Shown here one piece after another: positions 27,804 to 40,400 of a stretch of 64,000 nucleotides of DNA; position 1 is the stretch's first letter; each line of letters opens with the position of its first letter. The position numbers and the translations under genes are program-made. Source of the stretch: Halocafeteria seosinensis (lineage: Eukaryota); the NCBI GenBank assembly GCA_001687465.1, contig LVLI01000194.1, positions 186,001 through 250,000 of the forward strand, given 5' to 3'. A model generated the notes under the pieces. It saw only the letters and a list, made by a program, of their open reading frames with translations. It was not told the DNA's origin and ran no database searches.

Positions 27804-29446
27804 CGTCTATCACACCCCTCCCTGTATTTGTATCCCCGAATTGTTATAGCGATGAGAGCTTCACGGTGAACGCCTTTGACTAGACACCGTATCGTTGTCT
27901 AGGCACCCCCACGTACTCTATCCGGGAAGATGAGATGGTGACATAAGTACGAGAGGACACATAAATGCAAAACAACTCCACTATAGCACCAACTTTGACT
28001 CAAGTCGTTGAGCAATGTCTGGTACCGCCGCGTACCCAAGGTTCACAAGGCTGTTGGAGTCTCCACATTACGGCGTATGTCAAGCAACTATGGCTACGCA
28101 TTGCGAATCATGAACGTGTCGAGGGCTTTTACATGATGTATTTTTAAGGCTTAACACTAGTGCAATTGTACCAAATGGGAACCCCAAAAAAAATAATCGG
28201 GAGGGACAGCTGCTGATCGCTGTGGCGTGCCTGCTGCTCAAGGTCTTTCTGTTCTGCTCGACCATAGCTCTGGTTATACCACACCAGATGTATCTGCGCA
28301 TGAGGTATTACTTTTAATTATAGCCAAATTGGTAGCCGCCGCAGATACACCTCGGTGGCTATCGGTCACACTGTACCTACACTGGTACAATGTTGTACAA
28401 TTACAACTACTGTACACAGTGTAGTACACACTGCTACTTATGCAGGCATCCATCTGAGGAGCCTTCCACCAACTGCACCAAAGCTTCCAAGTGCGCTTCG
28501 CCAACAACAAAGTTGTAGTACTCGACGGATTAGTGCACACTCGTATGATTCATATGCCGCGTACTAGTTCACTTCATCTTCCCGCTAAATCATGCCACAT
28601 GGGTTTCATCCCACCAGTGTCTTCAAGCGGCTCTTGTCAACTCGTCGGACCTCCATATCGAAAAAACTATGGCAGGTACACGCTGGTATGTGTCAAAAGT
28701 GCATGAGACATAGCGAATCGTAACTGGGGTTCGCTGAGTCACTGGATTATTTACGGCACGTACGTATTACGGCAGCAGCATGTTCCGTATTACGCACAGG
28801 AACTCCGCAGTCCGGTGAGAGAAGGTCCCAGACAATTCAGTAATTTCGTACTGTGTTGGTTAATTTGTTGACGTAACCCATGCCAAAATAAGATTCATTA
28901 TAAGGCAGACATTACACACTGTGCTTGAACTCTGTCCATTGTTTTACTTCGTTTGTGTGGTTGCTTCTTTCCTTCTAACGGGAGGTGTTGAAGGTAAGCC
29001 CCGGCCGTATTACGCCTCTTCGTTAGTCGATTATTCGTACAGTGCTGATGACGTAGAGCCCAATGACCCACACACATGGTGGACGAGAAATTTTATTCTT
29101 CATTGTACCTTAAGAGGGAGCGTCAAGTGGATGGTATGAGGGACAAAATGGCATATTCGGCTCCATCAGCTGATGGTCCAGCTGGGTGACTCGACTGACT
29201 ATTGTCACCATTCACGTCTATTTCCAGGCATTCTGGGCCACACTGTAAGGGAACGCATGAGATATGCACAGATCAAGGGATGGGAAGTGGTATATGAGCT
29301 GTGTAAATTGATTTAATGTTGTAAAGAATGCCTGAGAAACCAAAAGATAGATCTCGGGGTAGACAAGTTCCACAGTTGTATATTCGACATTGCATAGTAT
29401 ATTATATGCTTTTCTATATCTATGCAGATTTGTATCATCTTACACG

Positions 29447-30667
29447 ATGAGCCAAAAAGAGACCGGTCTGGAGACCTGTGCCTTGTGTCAACAAGGCATC
29501 GAATCACATGAGCCCCGAACAGTTTTTCACTCGATCCAAGCCTACTTGCACAAAGAGACCAAAGCGCCAGGATCAAATCACACAGTTCCTTGTTTCAGAC
29601 TTTTGAAGAATGTGTCCTTTCACGGAATTCCTTGGGATCCAAATACTTGTCCAGGACCTGAAGCTGAATCAGGGAAACTGCCCATCCACAATAGATGCCA
29701 GGCAGTGATGCGTCGTGCAGCAAAAAGGGCTGGAGTAGCGCCTCCAGGGGCACCATCTAAAAAGCGCTCCCGTCAGCAATCAAAGTCTTCGAAAACTACA
29801 AACGCTTCCAAGAACCAACATCAGGACAAGAAAGTTCGCTCAGACCACTCTGAACCAGTGTGCTTAGTGGATGCACTTCGCAATGCGAACGAAGAAGTAT
29901 CCAAAGCAAGGAACCAGCTAAACTCTGTGGAAGTCTCGGTAGACTCACGAAACCGCGCGTTTCAACTGCTCCAAGAACTACAGGATAACTGTCACTGCCT
30001 AATGGGTGAACTGTCCCAGCGTCAGTCAAGTGGAAGTCCATTTCAAGGTTCCCAAACATACTCATCCGTGACTTCGCAATCTCAGACGAATACGAATATC
30101 CCGGGTATATCCTTCGGGTGCAGCACAAGTAGTGTCCCAGGCGTTTCATTTGCTGCAAGCAGCACATATACAGAACCTCTGCGAGGTGGTGACATGTCCT
30201 ACGGCACAGGAGTATATGATGATGGAGGCTCAAGTGCCCCCGTTCCGGCAATAGCTGGTGCCCCTGTACCGGCTCCACTAGGGTTGAAAGACGCAGTTGA
30301 CGGCACGGATGTTGATGACGATTCGAACACAAGCGGTGGAGACCAACGTAATCACGGTGTTGGTAGCGAGCAAGCAGGGAGAAGTGAGCAAAGATTTGGT
30401 TGCGAACCAGGCGACGCATCGGCATCTGTTTCTGGGTATCAAAACCAACCGGGACCCCGTCTCCATCGTTTAGGAAGCATAGGTAGTGGGATTTCGTTCG
30501 GTTCCTATGGTAATCATGGCGCTCATCATGCATTTAATGGGAGCCCTACAGCGTTTAATAATCAGACTTCACTGGGAGACGACAAGTCTTTTGTGTCGTT
30601 TGGTGGGGAATCGTGGATGACACCAAACGGAGTTGATTATCAAGCCAGTTTAACAAAGGCCTGTTAA
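29447..30667 (+). CDS. Orphan: N-terminal CxxC...HxxC putative Zn-binding domain, basic NLS, coiled coil, low-complexity tail
   Basis: Long uninterrupted ORF with ATG just after a TGCAG acceptor (5'UTR intron). CALC...IHNRC, PSKKRSR. Confidence 0.7.
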   Translation: MSQKETGLETCALCQQGIESHEPRTVFHSIQAYLHKETKAPGSNHTVPCFRLLKNVSFHGIPWDPNTCPGPEAESGKLPIHNRCQAVMRRAAKRAGVAPPGAPSKKRSRQQSKSSKTTNASKNQHQDKKVRSDHSEPVCLVDALRNANEEVSKARNQLNSVEVSVDSRNRAFQLLQELQDNCHCLMGELSQRQSSGSPFQGSQTYSSVTSQSQTNTNIPGISFGCSTSSVPGVSFAASSTYTEPLRGGDMSYGTGVYDDGGSSAPVPAIAGAPVPAPLGLKDAVDGTDVDDDSNTSGGDQRNHGVGSEQAGRSEQRFGCEPGDASASVSGYQNQPGPRLHRLGSIGSGISFGSYGNHGAHHAFNGSPTAFNNQTSLGDDKSFVSFGGESWMTPNGVDYQASLTKAC

Positions 30668-30727
30668 CGATGCTATTAATACACACGCTGAATGTGCAAG
30701 CCCAGTGTAGCAGCCCGCGAGCAGTTA

Positions 30728-30732
<5 letters not shown>

Positions 30733-30762
<30 letters not shown>
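30733..30762 (+). repeat. (AC)15 microsatellite
   Basis: Direct reading; lies between two convergent 3' ends. Confidence 0.98.
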
Positions 30763-30765
<3 letters not shown>

Positions 30766-30860
30766 CGCTCCTATCCCATAGTATGTTCTCCACATCTCCA
30801 AGCATACTGGCTTGTGAAGCGTGTCATTGTGTAGCGGGATGTGTATTTGACTGACTGGAA

Positions 30861-32178
30861 TTATTCTTCCGCACTAGTAACACCAGAAAATTCTTCTGCA
30901 AGGTTGCGAGGGTCAGGGCGCATTGTCATCCCCGCACTGGCTCGGCGGGTGCGTGGTTTCTTCGTGCTGGTCAGACTTCGAACCAGTTTGTCGTCCAGTG
31001 TCTGATGAGTTACTCTCCTCAAGGATGGCATGTATTTTTCGAATTCTTGTCTCTCGCTGTCACTGATTTCTCCCAAAGGCTTGCCGAGAGCACTCTTAAT
31101 TTCTTCCGCATCGTAAGCTTGAAAATTAAGCTGTAGTAGCTGTTCCATTAATTTGCATAGTTTCTTTCTTTTCTCCTCCTCTTCTTTCAGCTTTTGTTGA
31201 GACTTAATGTCCGGTTTTAACATCTGAATGTAACCGGACACACTTACAGGTACGGCTAAGATAGTATCGACAACATGAGGAACTTACCGAGTGATCGCTT
31301 TCGGCATCAAACTTGCCAGCGATGATAACGAATTCATCAAAGGGTAGACTTCTCTGAAGACGTGCCAGTACGACCATTGCACTCTGTTAACATAAAGTGA
31401 AACCATGGAAGATACAGTTCTGTGACGTACTTTTGCTTCTGTAACCTTCGCTTTCTTTTCCTTCTTCGCCTCTTCTAAGCGTTGCTCCAATTTATTACTC
31501 TTCTTGGTATATAGATAAGCACGAACTCGAAGAATTCCCTGGGTGAACATCAGTTCGGCGAAAGTCGTTTAGTGACAAGTAGATCGCGTTTATAATGAAT
31601 GATATCCCTACCTGTAACACTAGCATCAGTACTGGAACAGTGACTAGTAGGGCTGCGCTAAACCGGTCGATCCTGTTCAGGGGCCAGCACCATCTTATAA
31701 GAATCGCTTCGAGGAGAGCAGACATTACAAAGCTCCATAGCTGCAATCGTTTACAATTATCCACGCATTGTGGTAAAAGCTCTCGCTCAATTTCCATTTG
31801 TTCGATCTGCAAGTTCGGTTGCAATTTGGTTCTCAATTACTAGAATCGACAGCTCTTGACTGTGAAGCTGTGAGCGCTTACCTCATCACTTAGCGACTGT
31901 AGCGCTGCATCGAGCTCGCGAAATCGTTTACTCTTGGCAGCATGTTTGCTAGGACTTCCATTTGGTTCCTTGCGCCCCCTGTTACATCGGCACCAGTTTG
32001 AATGACTGGATGTTTGTGCAGTAGAAGAAATGCAGTTATCAGAATGATGTTTGGTTTCATTGTCCTTCCCGTCCGTATTCTGCGTCCGCGATGCCAACGA
32101 CTGAGCATTTCCTCTCTTCCACTCTTCGGCTTCTTCGTTGTGGTCATTTTCGTGCTTATGCTCTTGTTGGTGGCTCAT
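30861..32178 (-). CDS. Lunapark-like ER membrane protein (5 exons), no C-terminal Zn finger
   Basis: Spliced product has a coiled coil (FRELDAALQSLSDEIEQME), two hydrophobic segments (LWSFVMSALLEAILI; FSAALLVTVPVLMLVLQGIL), then KLEQRLEEAKKEKKAKVTEAKRSLPFDEFVIIAGKFD, matching the lunapark N-terminal layout. Confidence 0.6.
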
Positions 32179-33402
32179 TATTGGCTCTGTGTCGTGCTGA
32201 AGGAAAAGTCTTGGCGAGCAGCAGCCGTTTATGCCTTCTCTCGCAATTTTTGTTGCTGGCAAAGCCACCCACACTATTAATGGACTGTGGAGTTTGCGCG
32301 TGTTTGGATTCAAACATAAGAGTCACGTACTACATGCAACAAGAACTTGCTCACGGTACGCTGTTGAACCTTGATGCAAGTTGATGGAACCTGGAAACAT
32401 GTTCATGGTTTCTTGTGAAGTTCGGATTCAAGTTGGGTGACCCAGGGTGGGTAAGTAGCTTATCGTAAGTTGTGTTGTTACTAGTAGACTAGTAGTAGTA
32501 GTCACTGACTACCTTGACATCGTATGCAGCATCTCTACGCCTCGTTGGACACCGCTAGATGTAGAAGATCACCTTCCAGGAAGTTGACCGCATCCTCTGA
32601 GGGAGGAGCGGTATTCGGGACTGCCTGCAGACCCACAGTCTGGGCCACAGAGTTGCTCTCGGCAAGCTGCTGTGGATCCATCCGCTTCGGCTCTATCCCA
32701 TTTAACCCTTGCCAAAGTTCTCCTATCCCCTGCAGTCCAGCAGGTGGTTACTGTGGTTCAGTGGTTCTCCAAGCCAGAGCACAAAGGTGTTACGATCTGG
32801 CTAGCAAATAATAATAAGAGCTCCCTTAACTAAAGAATGCAGTAACCGATCTTGGCGGCCTGAGCACCCGGCAAAAAATTCAAAGGCATCAGGAACCGAA
32901 CCTGCATAGACCTTCGTATACTCTTTATTTCTGTTGAACGTCATACTCCTGCGTGGTACATCCTCCGGGGACAGTTTCCCGCAAACCTCGATGACGATCT
33001 GGAATACATCGGGCCGCACGCTTGGATGTGACCGCAGCGGCTTACACCATTTGCGAAGCCTACAATCACAGAAACTAGTGCATCCGGAGAGTGGTACACT
33101 TTTTCCCTGTCTTACAGTACATAGTTGTCGTCTACCGCTACGAACAACCGAACAAGTACAGGAGTTTTTATCTCGTCGTTCCCGAATGACCCGACGATCT
33201 TTCTAGTCGGTGCTGTCTACTCGTATATATGGGTATTGTACCCTAATTAATACACGGAATGTTCCACGGATATCAGATCTCTACAGGTGTAGTCTGTCTT
33301 AAAACTCTTCTTCCGCTAGGAATCCGTAGGATAAATGCACAAATAAAGGTACTTCGTACACCAAACTACTGTACCTGGTAAAAGAAGCACGTGCGTATTG
33401 CT

Positions 33403-33526
33403 CCTACCAGAAGTAAATTACATTTAGTCTGTGGCGTGAGAAGCCCGAGTTACACGAACAATAGCCTACCAGAAGTAAATTACATTTATTCTATGGCGTG
33501 AGAAGCCCGAGTTACACGAACAATAG
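33403..33526 (+). repeat. Tandem duplication, 2 x 62 bp with 2 mismatches
   Basis: CCTACCAGAAGTAAATTACATTTA(g/t)TCT(g/a)TGGCGTGAGAAGCCCGAGTTACACGAACAATAG at 33403 and 33465. Confidence 0.97.
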
Positions 33527-34460
33527 ATGCCCTGTGGATGCCCATGGATGCCGATACAGTTCCCACCAGGAAAGTAGCATACAAATACTGGATGGGTAGT
33601 ACAAAGGCTATATCAACCAAAACAGGGCCAACCAGAAACTAAGCCTGCTACGAATGTACACAGGGAGTGACAAACCACGGAGACCAACCGGCCATTCACC
33701 AGGTTCGATAATATACGCACTCTCAGTCATGCACGTACCGAACCATGCCAAAGGACCAAGGAATTCTCCGGAAAGATGCAAGTCCCTGTGTGGACTACAT
33801 TTGCCTGGCCGATAGTAGTTGTGTCTTACTGACCAGGAACAAATGCTAATGATTGCAGGAACAATAATCCTGACTTCCTACGTCGTTGTCCTTCGAGATT
33901 ATGAAGCTGACGAAGACAGACGATTCTGATGCCCGCGGGTCCAGGATAGGTGGTGTCCCTTCCGAACCGTGTCCTCCCAAGGAGAAGGCCTGTAAAAAGG
34001 CATGACCCTCTGTATCGGACTCCTGTCCCCGTCAATTGGTGAAAACGCAGCGTGTTTCCGACACGTCTTCAGTACATAGCACGCGATGTACGCGTCCGAA
34101 ATCATTCAACCAATGATTATTACAATGGCGAACACTAAAACCTCTCCGCCTTAATAAAGTCAAACAAATACCTATCTATTAGCCTCAGCTCAGCTTTTTG
34201 AGTGGCCCGGAGCCTCGGAGGGGCGCCGTGCCATATCCGAAAAGCAAGCCCCCTCCCTTTTGGACGACTTTGATAGTGTTGTTAGATCTACTAGAAAGGT
34301 TACAGAGATCCTGAGAGGAAGGAAGAGGTCTTGTCTTGCTTCTCCATCCATTGATAGGGGGTGAAAAGACTGAGGTTTTGCTTAGAAGTGTCTTCTTTCC
34401 TAGTTTTGAAGATCTTTTGATCCAATCATCTCCTACATTCTTGTCCTACGTGTACAGACG

Positions 34461-37400
34461 ATGGACAACAAGATAGAGGGAGGCGAGCAGACCACAGAGG
34501 CCACTTTTTCATCGCCAGCAGCTGCCACTGCTAGCAGTGGTGTAGGGAATCCGGCGTCTACCACCGCCACTTCCACATCAGTGGCACCGTCACCTTCGTC
34601 GTCTTCCTATACAGGAGACTCTTCGAGCTCATCGTCGGACGAAGAGGATGGAGATGATGATGGGACTAAGTCCATCCGAAGTTGTAACAGCAGCAGATCT
34701 TCCACGGACAATGCAGTTGGTCTTGATCAGGTCGTTGTAATCCGCGACTTCCCCTCGACAATGGACCGTGTTTCGTATGGGCAGAAAGTGCACAAGGATA
34801 AAGCCGAAGATCTGCACGTTGTCGTAAAAGAGACCCCTAAACTGAAAATTTACTACGTGAACACGATGCCAACTCCGAATTCTGTGCTATATGGCTCCGC
34901 AGTTGAGTGTGGAGATGTCTTCATGTCGGTTAATGATGTGAGTGTTGTCGGCCCGAGTGGACAGGAAATCAACGTTGCCATGACGAAAGATAAAACTTCT
35001 TTAAGTCTGCGTATGCTACGAGGAAAGCCCCTGCAAAAGCCACTGTTTGCAGCAGAACATATAGGAAAGAAGGAGGCCACGAAAAACAGACAGTATCCAT
35101 TCCTAGTCGAGCAAGCAATTGCTCAAGATGCCAGCGGAAATCATGTCGCAAACATCTTAGTGCTCTCTGGAATCGCTAGTGTATCGTGCACTAAATACGA
35201 ATTCCTCGGACAGGAAGGAAATAGCGATGGTATGTTAGCTAATAACCTTTCCTTTCTGCACTGCTTTCTACGTGTAGATCTCCCAACGTCATCACCTGTT
35301 TTTCTCAGATGCGTTTCCTAAAATTGGTGATATCCTCTTAGCAGTGGACGGGACTTTAGTATTGAACTGGTCTGCTGAATCGTTTTACGAGTTGGTAGGT
35401 GCCCATCTGAGAGCGCTGCAAGTCATGGCCTGAACGTAACGCTAAGCCCTTGTGACCTGTCTGCAGCTCTCTGGAAAACTGATGATTTCGGAGAGAGTGA
35501 ATTGTATTTATGCGCGTTCTTCCAACTTGAGCCGGGTGCCGAAGGGAAATATGTCTACTAGTAACATTGTCACTTCGAGGGCAGTGACGTCCGCCCCCTT
35601 AAACTTGCAGCCCCAATCGATGTTCCAGCGAGTGAGCTCCTCATCTACCCCGGCGACCCGCGTTTTGAGACCCCCGGCCCCGTCTTTTCAGAGCTCACTC
35701 CTCGTAGCGCCCGGCAGTTCCGTGGCCGTTCGACATAATTTTGGATCAATCACTGAGGCTTTGAATGTCTCCTATGTGGCAATGCTGCTCCAGAAACATA
35801 GAATTGGTGACTTTGGGAAAGACCGAGCCGTTGATTGCTGGAGATATGACGTCGCTGGCGATGCAGGAAGCATACGGGATGTTAACACTCTGAGGGATTG
35901 TTCCTTGTGGAAAGATGCCTTCCANCAAGAGAGATTTAACCGCCGTTTAAGAGTGTTACGGGATCTTAAGGCGAAGACACTGAAGAAAATATCTGTGGTA
36001 ACTGATTATATTTCGCATTCAAGTGAAAAACTAGGTTTGCAACCTCCAAATGACTCTCTTAACTTGTTGAACAGCCAGTTGCAACACTTGTTCAATAGAA
36101 GCAAGAATTTCTTAACAGCGTGCCGTTCCGACAGCGATCAGTCTCCTAGAAGCTCTGGAAAGCTTTCCACAAAGGAGAAAACAATGTTGGTTACGAGAAG
36201 CGCGCAGGCTAGAAGAGGGCTAATGATGTCAATTCAACGGCGATTAAAAGACAGACTATCCCGAAAGAGCCGTAACGCTACTTCTAATGAGACCGAGACG
36301 TCTAGCAAATTGAAAGATGATCGGGCTGTCGGAAAAGAAAAGTCATTTTTGCAGATGCTTGGTGGTAGATGGTTTGTAAATCCTAGCCCTCGTATATCTG
36401 ACGCTATTCCTGCACTAGTGACGTGGCCAGATATTGCGTTTGCGCGGCTGAAACCTAGTATCTATCATAGCTCTACAGCGTCTCCGGAAAGTCGATTAAA
36501 GTCGAAGGTTCTACGAGATATTCCCGACACAATCCTCAAGTTCTTTACTGAAGATTCCGCTAGAGGCGATTGGTTCTTTACTTCCAAAGGAACAGGCCAC
36601 CATGTGATGAGATCGTTGATTGGTCTAGAAGAGCATACAATCGACGGCGATGAGGACTATAGAGAAATGAGCCGTTGGACGGCTCGTTTGGAAGGATTGT
36701 ATCCCACACTGTATATATCGGCAGCTGGCCTTGCAGCGTGTATGAGGATACGCCTCAATCCAAGTGTCACTGCGGTACTCCTGGGATCAGGTTACGCATT
36801 TAGCTTTCTTCCTGGACCGAACTGTCATTTGCTGTCCTATCCCAAACGCTACACTCAGGATGTCACGTACTTTTGTGAACAAATATGGCCGGCCCTAACA
36901 GGTTACCCGGTGCAGCCACCAAATACGCGAATTTACCTCCACGCACAGGATACATGGTTTTCGGTTTGTCACCACTGTGGAGCATTTGTCAACAAGAAAT
37001 CCGTTATCGGAGAGCCTATTGGTCAGGACACACGATTGCTATGTTCATTTTGCTCCATTGACGGGCTTATCGAGGGGCTTTTGAGAGCGCAGGCGCTTCA
37101 GCTCGTAGCTTCTCTAATTTGTGGTGCCGTGATGGTGATCGCGGAGGAGTTGTCGCGCCTGTTTCACCTTGTTCGCAACAACGAGTACGATCAACGCGCC
37201 GCGTGGATTCTTCCTGATTGGTTCCGCGCGTTCCTTATACAGGCAGAAATGCACTCATTCAATGCTCTTGCTTCTGTTGATGGCACTAGTACCAGTTTCG
37301 ATGCGCTGAGAGCAAGCGTTGAGACTACGACGGATTCTTGGAATGAAGTGAAGGCAAAGTACCATGTCGGTAGCGGGGAAGATCCAGGAGGTGTTGACCT

Positions 37401-40400
37401 GACGAAATTGTGGGACATTTTGAAGTCAAAATGCGGCCTCAAAGATGACATCGATCAACGGTCCTTTCTTGAGTGGATGAAACCCTGTGCCTCGCGCGTG
37501 AACCCGAACACTTGCCTACACGAGCTCTTTTCAACGTTTGAGCGTATGAACTCCAATTTCGGCGCCTTAGATAAAGGAAATACTATCGACCGCGTACATG
37601 TCCCACTCTTAACAGTGTTGCCCCCCGAAGAAATCGTTGCCTCTGCGGGTGATTATCTTCGGTATGTGCCCCTCGCTGCGGCAGTCCTTTGCGTCCTTCC
37701 GCGATCACTACAAACGCAGTTGCTGCGAGGCTCAGTCCGTGATCTTGGGCGAATTTTTGGCTTAACCGAAGATGACGCCGACGATATTCTAGAGTGTTCG
37801 AATTCAGTTCAGGTACCGAAAATCCGTAGTGATAGTAAGAGGGCCGAGGCTAAAGGTAGTATCACTCTTCCTCCTTTCAGTTTATGGCACACTTGGGACA
37901 TACGCTCCATTTCTAGAACTTTGGACGACCTCATTGGAGCAGAGGAGAGTCTCGTTTCTCCTCGCTTTGTGGTTCATGCATTACCCCGAAAAACGACGTG
38001 CCTTATGATGCAACTGTACGTTATGTCATCGCGAACAATCTCGTCCATTGCTGGACAGTACTCTCCCCTCCGGAAAGGGTTACCCTTACGAGACTCGTCT
38101 GACAGTTTTGCACATGGTACTTTTATGGGTATGAAACTTGGTGAAACAATGTACGCCGTTGATATTGCTCAACGTTTGTCCAAACGTGCACGGGAGCGCT
38201 TTCTTCTGGAAAAGATCAAACAGTACGGTTCCCCCTCTAAGAGCGCACTAGAGTTAGCCGATAGTATAACGGATTCTGCGGTTCCTATGCTTTCAAAGGA
38301 GACGACCAGAGCTGATGTTAAGAGCGTTTTGGAATGCTCATCAGCACCCGTTAGAGCTAACTCTACAGGACCTGAAGCATCGACCTCTTCGAAATCCGTT
38401 TTCCTGGTTGATGCGTTTGTAGATATACTGAAAAACGAAGCGGAGCGGCAGGGAAGAGGTCTGACTGGGGAAGAAAGAAGTCTGCTGCGCACTGCTCTTT
38501 CTGCAGAGTTTGTTGAGGGAAGAAAAAGACGATCTAGCTACGAACGGATGGTGACAAGATTGGCAAAGACTGTCACCAGCTTCTGTCAAAATACCGGGGT
38601 TCCGGCTCCCACGAAACCGTACAGCACCCCAGAGCAACTTAGTATCAACTTTGGAGATATTGTACACGATCGAAGTCGGTGTGCGCCTCCCGTAACAGGG
38701 ACCCCCTCGGATAACAGTTCTGCAACGTCGGGAAGCAATCCTGAAGCTTCCATCTTTGCTGTAGGTAATGACTGTGTTCCAACAATACGTGAATTGACGC
38801 GGTACCGGCGCTGGAACTTCCGGAATGTTTCGCAAATGCTCTCTTCGTGCTCATTTGACTCAAATTTTGGCTTGCTTGGAGCCCCGTCCGAAAGGCAGCT
38901 GAAGGGATTTTCCTGGCATGCTCCGCTGCAGAAGAGCAGCGTTGAGCCGTCACCCATGTTTTCTTCTAGTGATGATATCACGGTAGCCTTAGCGCATTTC
39001 TTCTCAGCTGACTCTGTAGCTAAGGATGCAGCGTGGCCGTATGAAGTGGCTACGGCAATTAGTCGTAACAGTGGATCGAGTCAAGACCCATCAGACAGCA
39101 GTGATGATAACCCAAGTGCCCCAGATCCTTTTTCTGTGGCGTCTCAGCTCATTCGATTGGTTGACTCGTTAAGCGGCGCAGGGCGTCACGCTTATCGGTG
39201 GCATCGGTATCTTGTTCCTCCACCAAGAGGAGCTCTGGATAGCGGGACAATACACTTGAAGCCGGGTACTAGTGCAAGCCTTATTGAAAGGGATGACGAC
39301 GAGTTCGAAAACTTCGGCTTCGGCGATAAACCACTGTGTAGCGAGCGGGTGGCCTCAAGGGCTACTATTCCGTCCTTCTTAAAGATCAGCACCAGCATTG
39401 TTGCCGAAAATGGTGACGTAGTTTCAGCGAAGAGTAGGGAAGAAACCGAGTTAAGTAGACTTGACGGCCGCATTCGTTCGATGTTATCTCATTATGGGTT
39501 TGAATTGAGCGAGGAGAAACTTCAGCAGGCTATGAACACCGTCTGGAAATGCCGATTCAACTGTCCTCCAGGCTGGTGGCAAGACTCCAGAAACAACGAG
39601 GACAGTGAAGATCGCGAGTGCGAATCCCCTGCCTGTACTCAGCGAGCAAAATTATTTAGCAAGTTTTGTAGTGCTCGCTGTGGATTCATCACTGCGAGTC
39701 TTCGACTGGCCGCCGCAACAAGGAGTGCCAACACTGTGAGTGAACAACGAGTTGTAGAGAAGAACGGATCCAAAACACCCGCTCCTGTTGTGGGCCGAGT
39801 GACCCACACTGGAACACCCACGCCTTCGACTACGGATGATCATCTGCTGACTACGATGGAAGAATTGAAGAGAAGACTTACTACTCTGCAGAAAATGCGC
39901 GATATACTAAACGAACATTTTTTGAGCCTGTCCAACCGGGAAGCAGTGCAGCCCCTTCTGAGCGACTCTATAAGCGACGAGCGTTTTGCAGACGTAGATG
40001 GATACTCCAATATTCTAGACACTCCGTGGAATACAAGACGTACTCCTCGAGTAAACCGATATATGCTTGATGTTCTTGATGTTGCAGACGCGGTGAGCGA
40101 GGTGGGTGCTAGGAAACGTATGAGAAGGAGCGTTACGAGCAACAAGAAACGTCCGCGCCGCACGGCTGCTTCGTCCCGGCAGCGTAAGAGGAGAAAGAAA
40201 GATGACGAAAGTGAAAGTGGTTCTGAGTCTGACTCCGAATCGGTTATTTCTGAAACCACATCCAAGAACGGCACTAAGGATGGGCACTCTACCTCTCAGC
40301 GAAGCTCCAAGAGTGAAAAGAGTCTTGGGACCATTAAACGACCGGTGGCGAAAGATCCTTCCTCTGTCCAATACGTTGACCACAGCTTTTCCTACAGGGC

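Noticed and set aside
32700..32712. TAACCCT as a telomerase RNA template
   Set aside because: Only 7 nt, no downstream T-run terminator, and no co-oriented upstream motif shared with U3.
33403..33526. CRISPR-like array
   Set aside because: Two abutting copies, no spacer, no cas genes, eukaryotic context.
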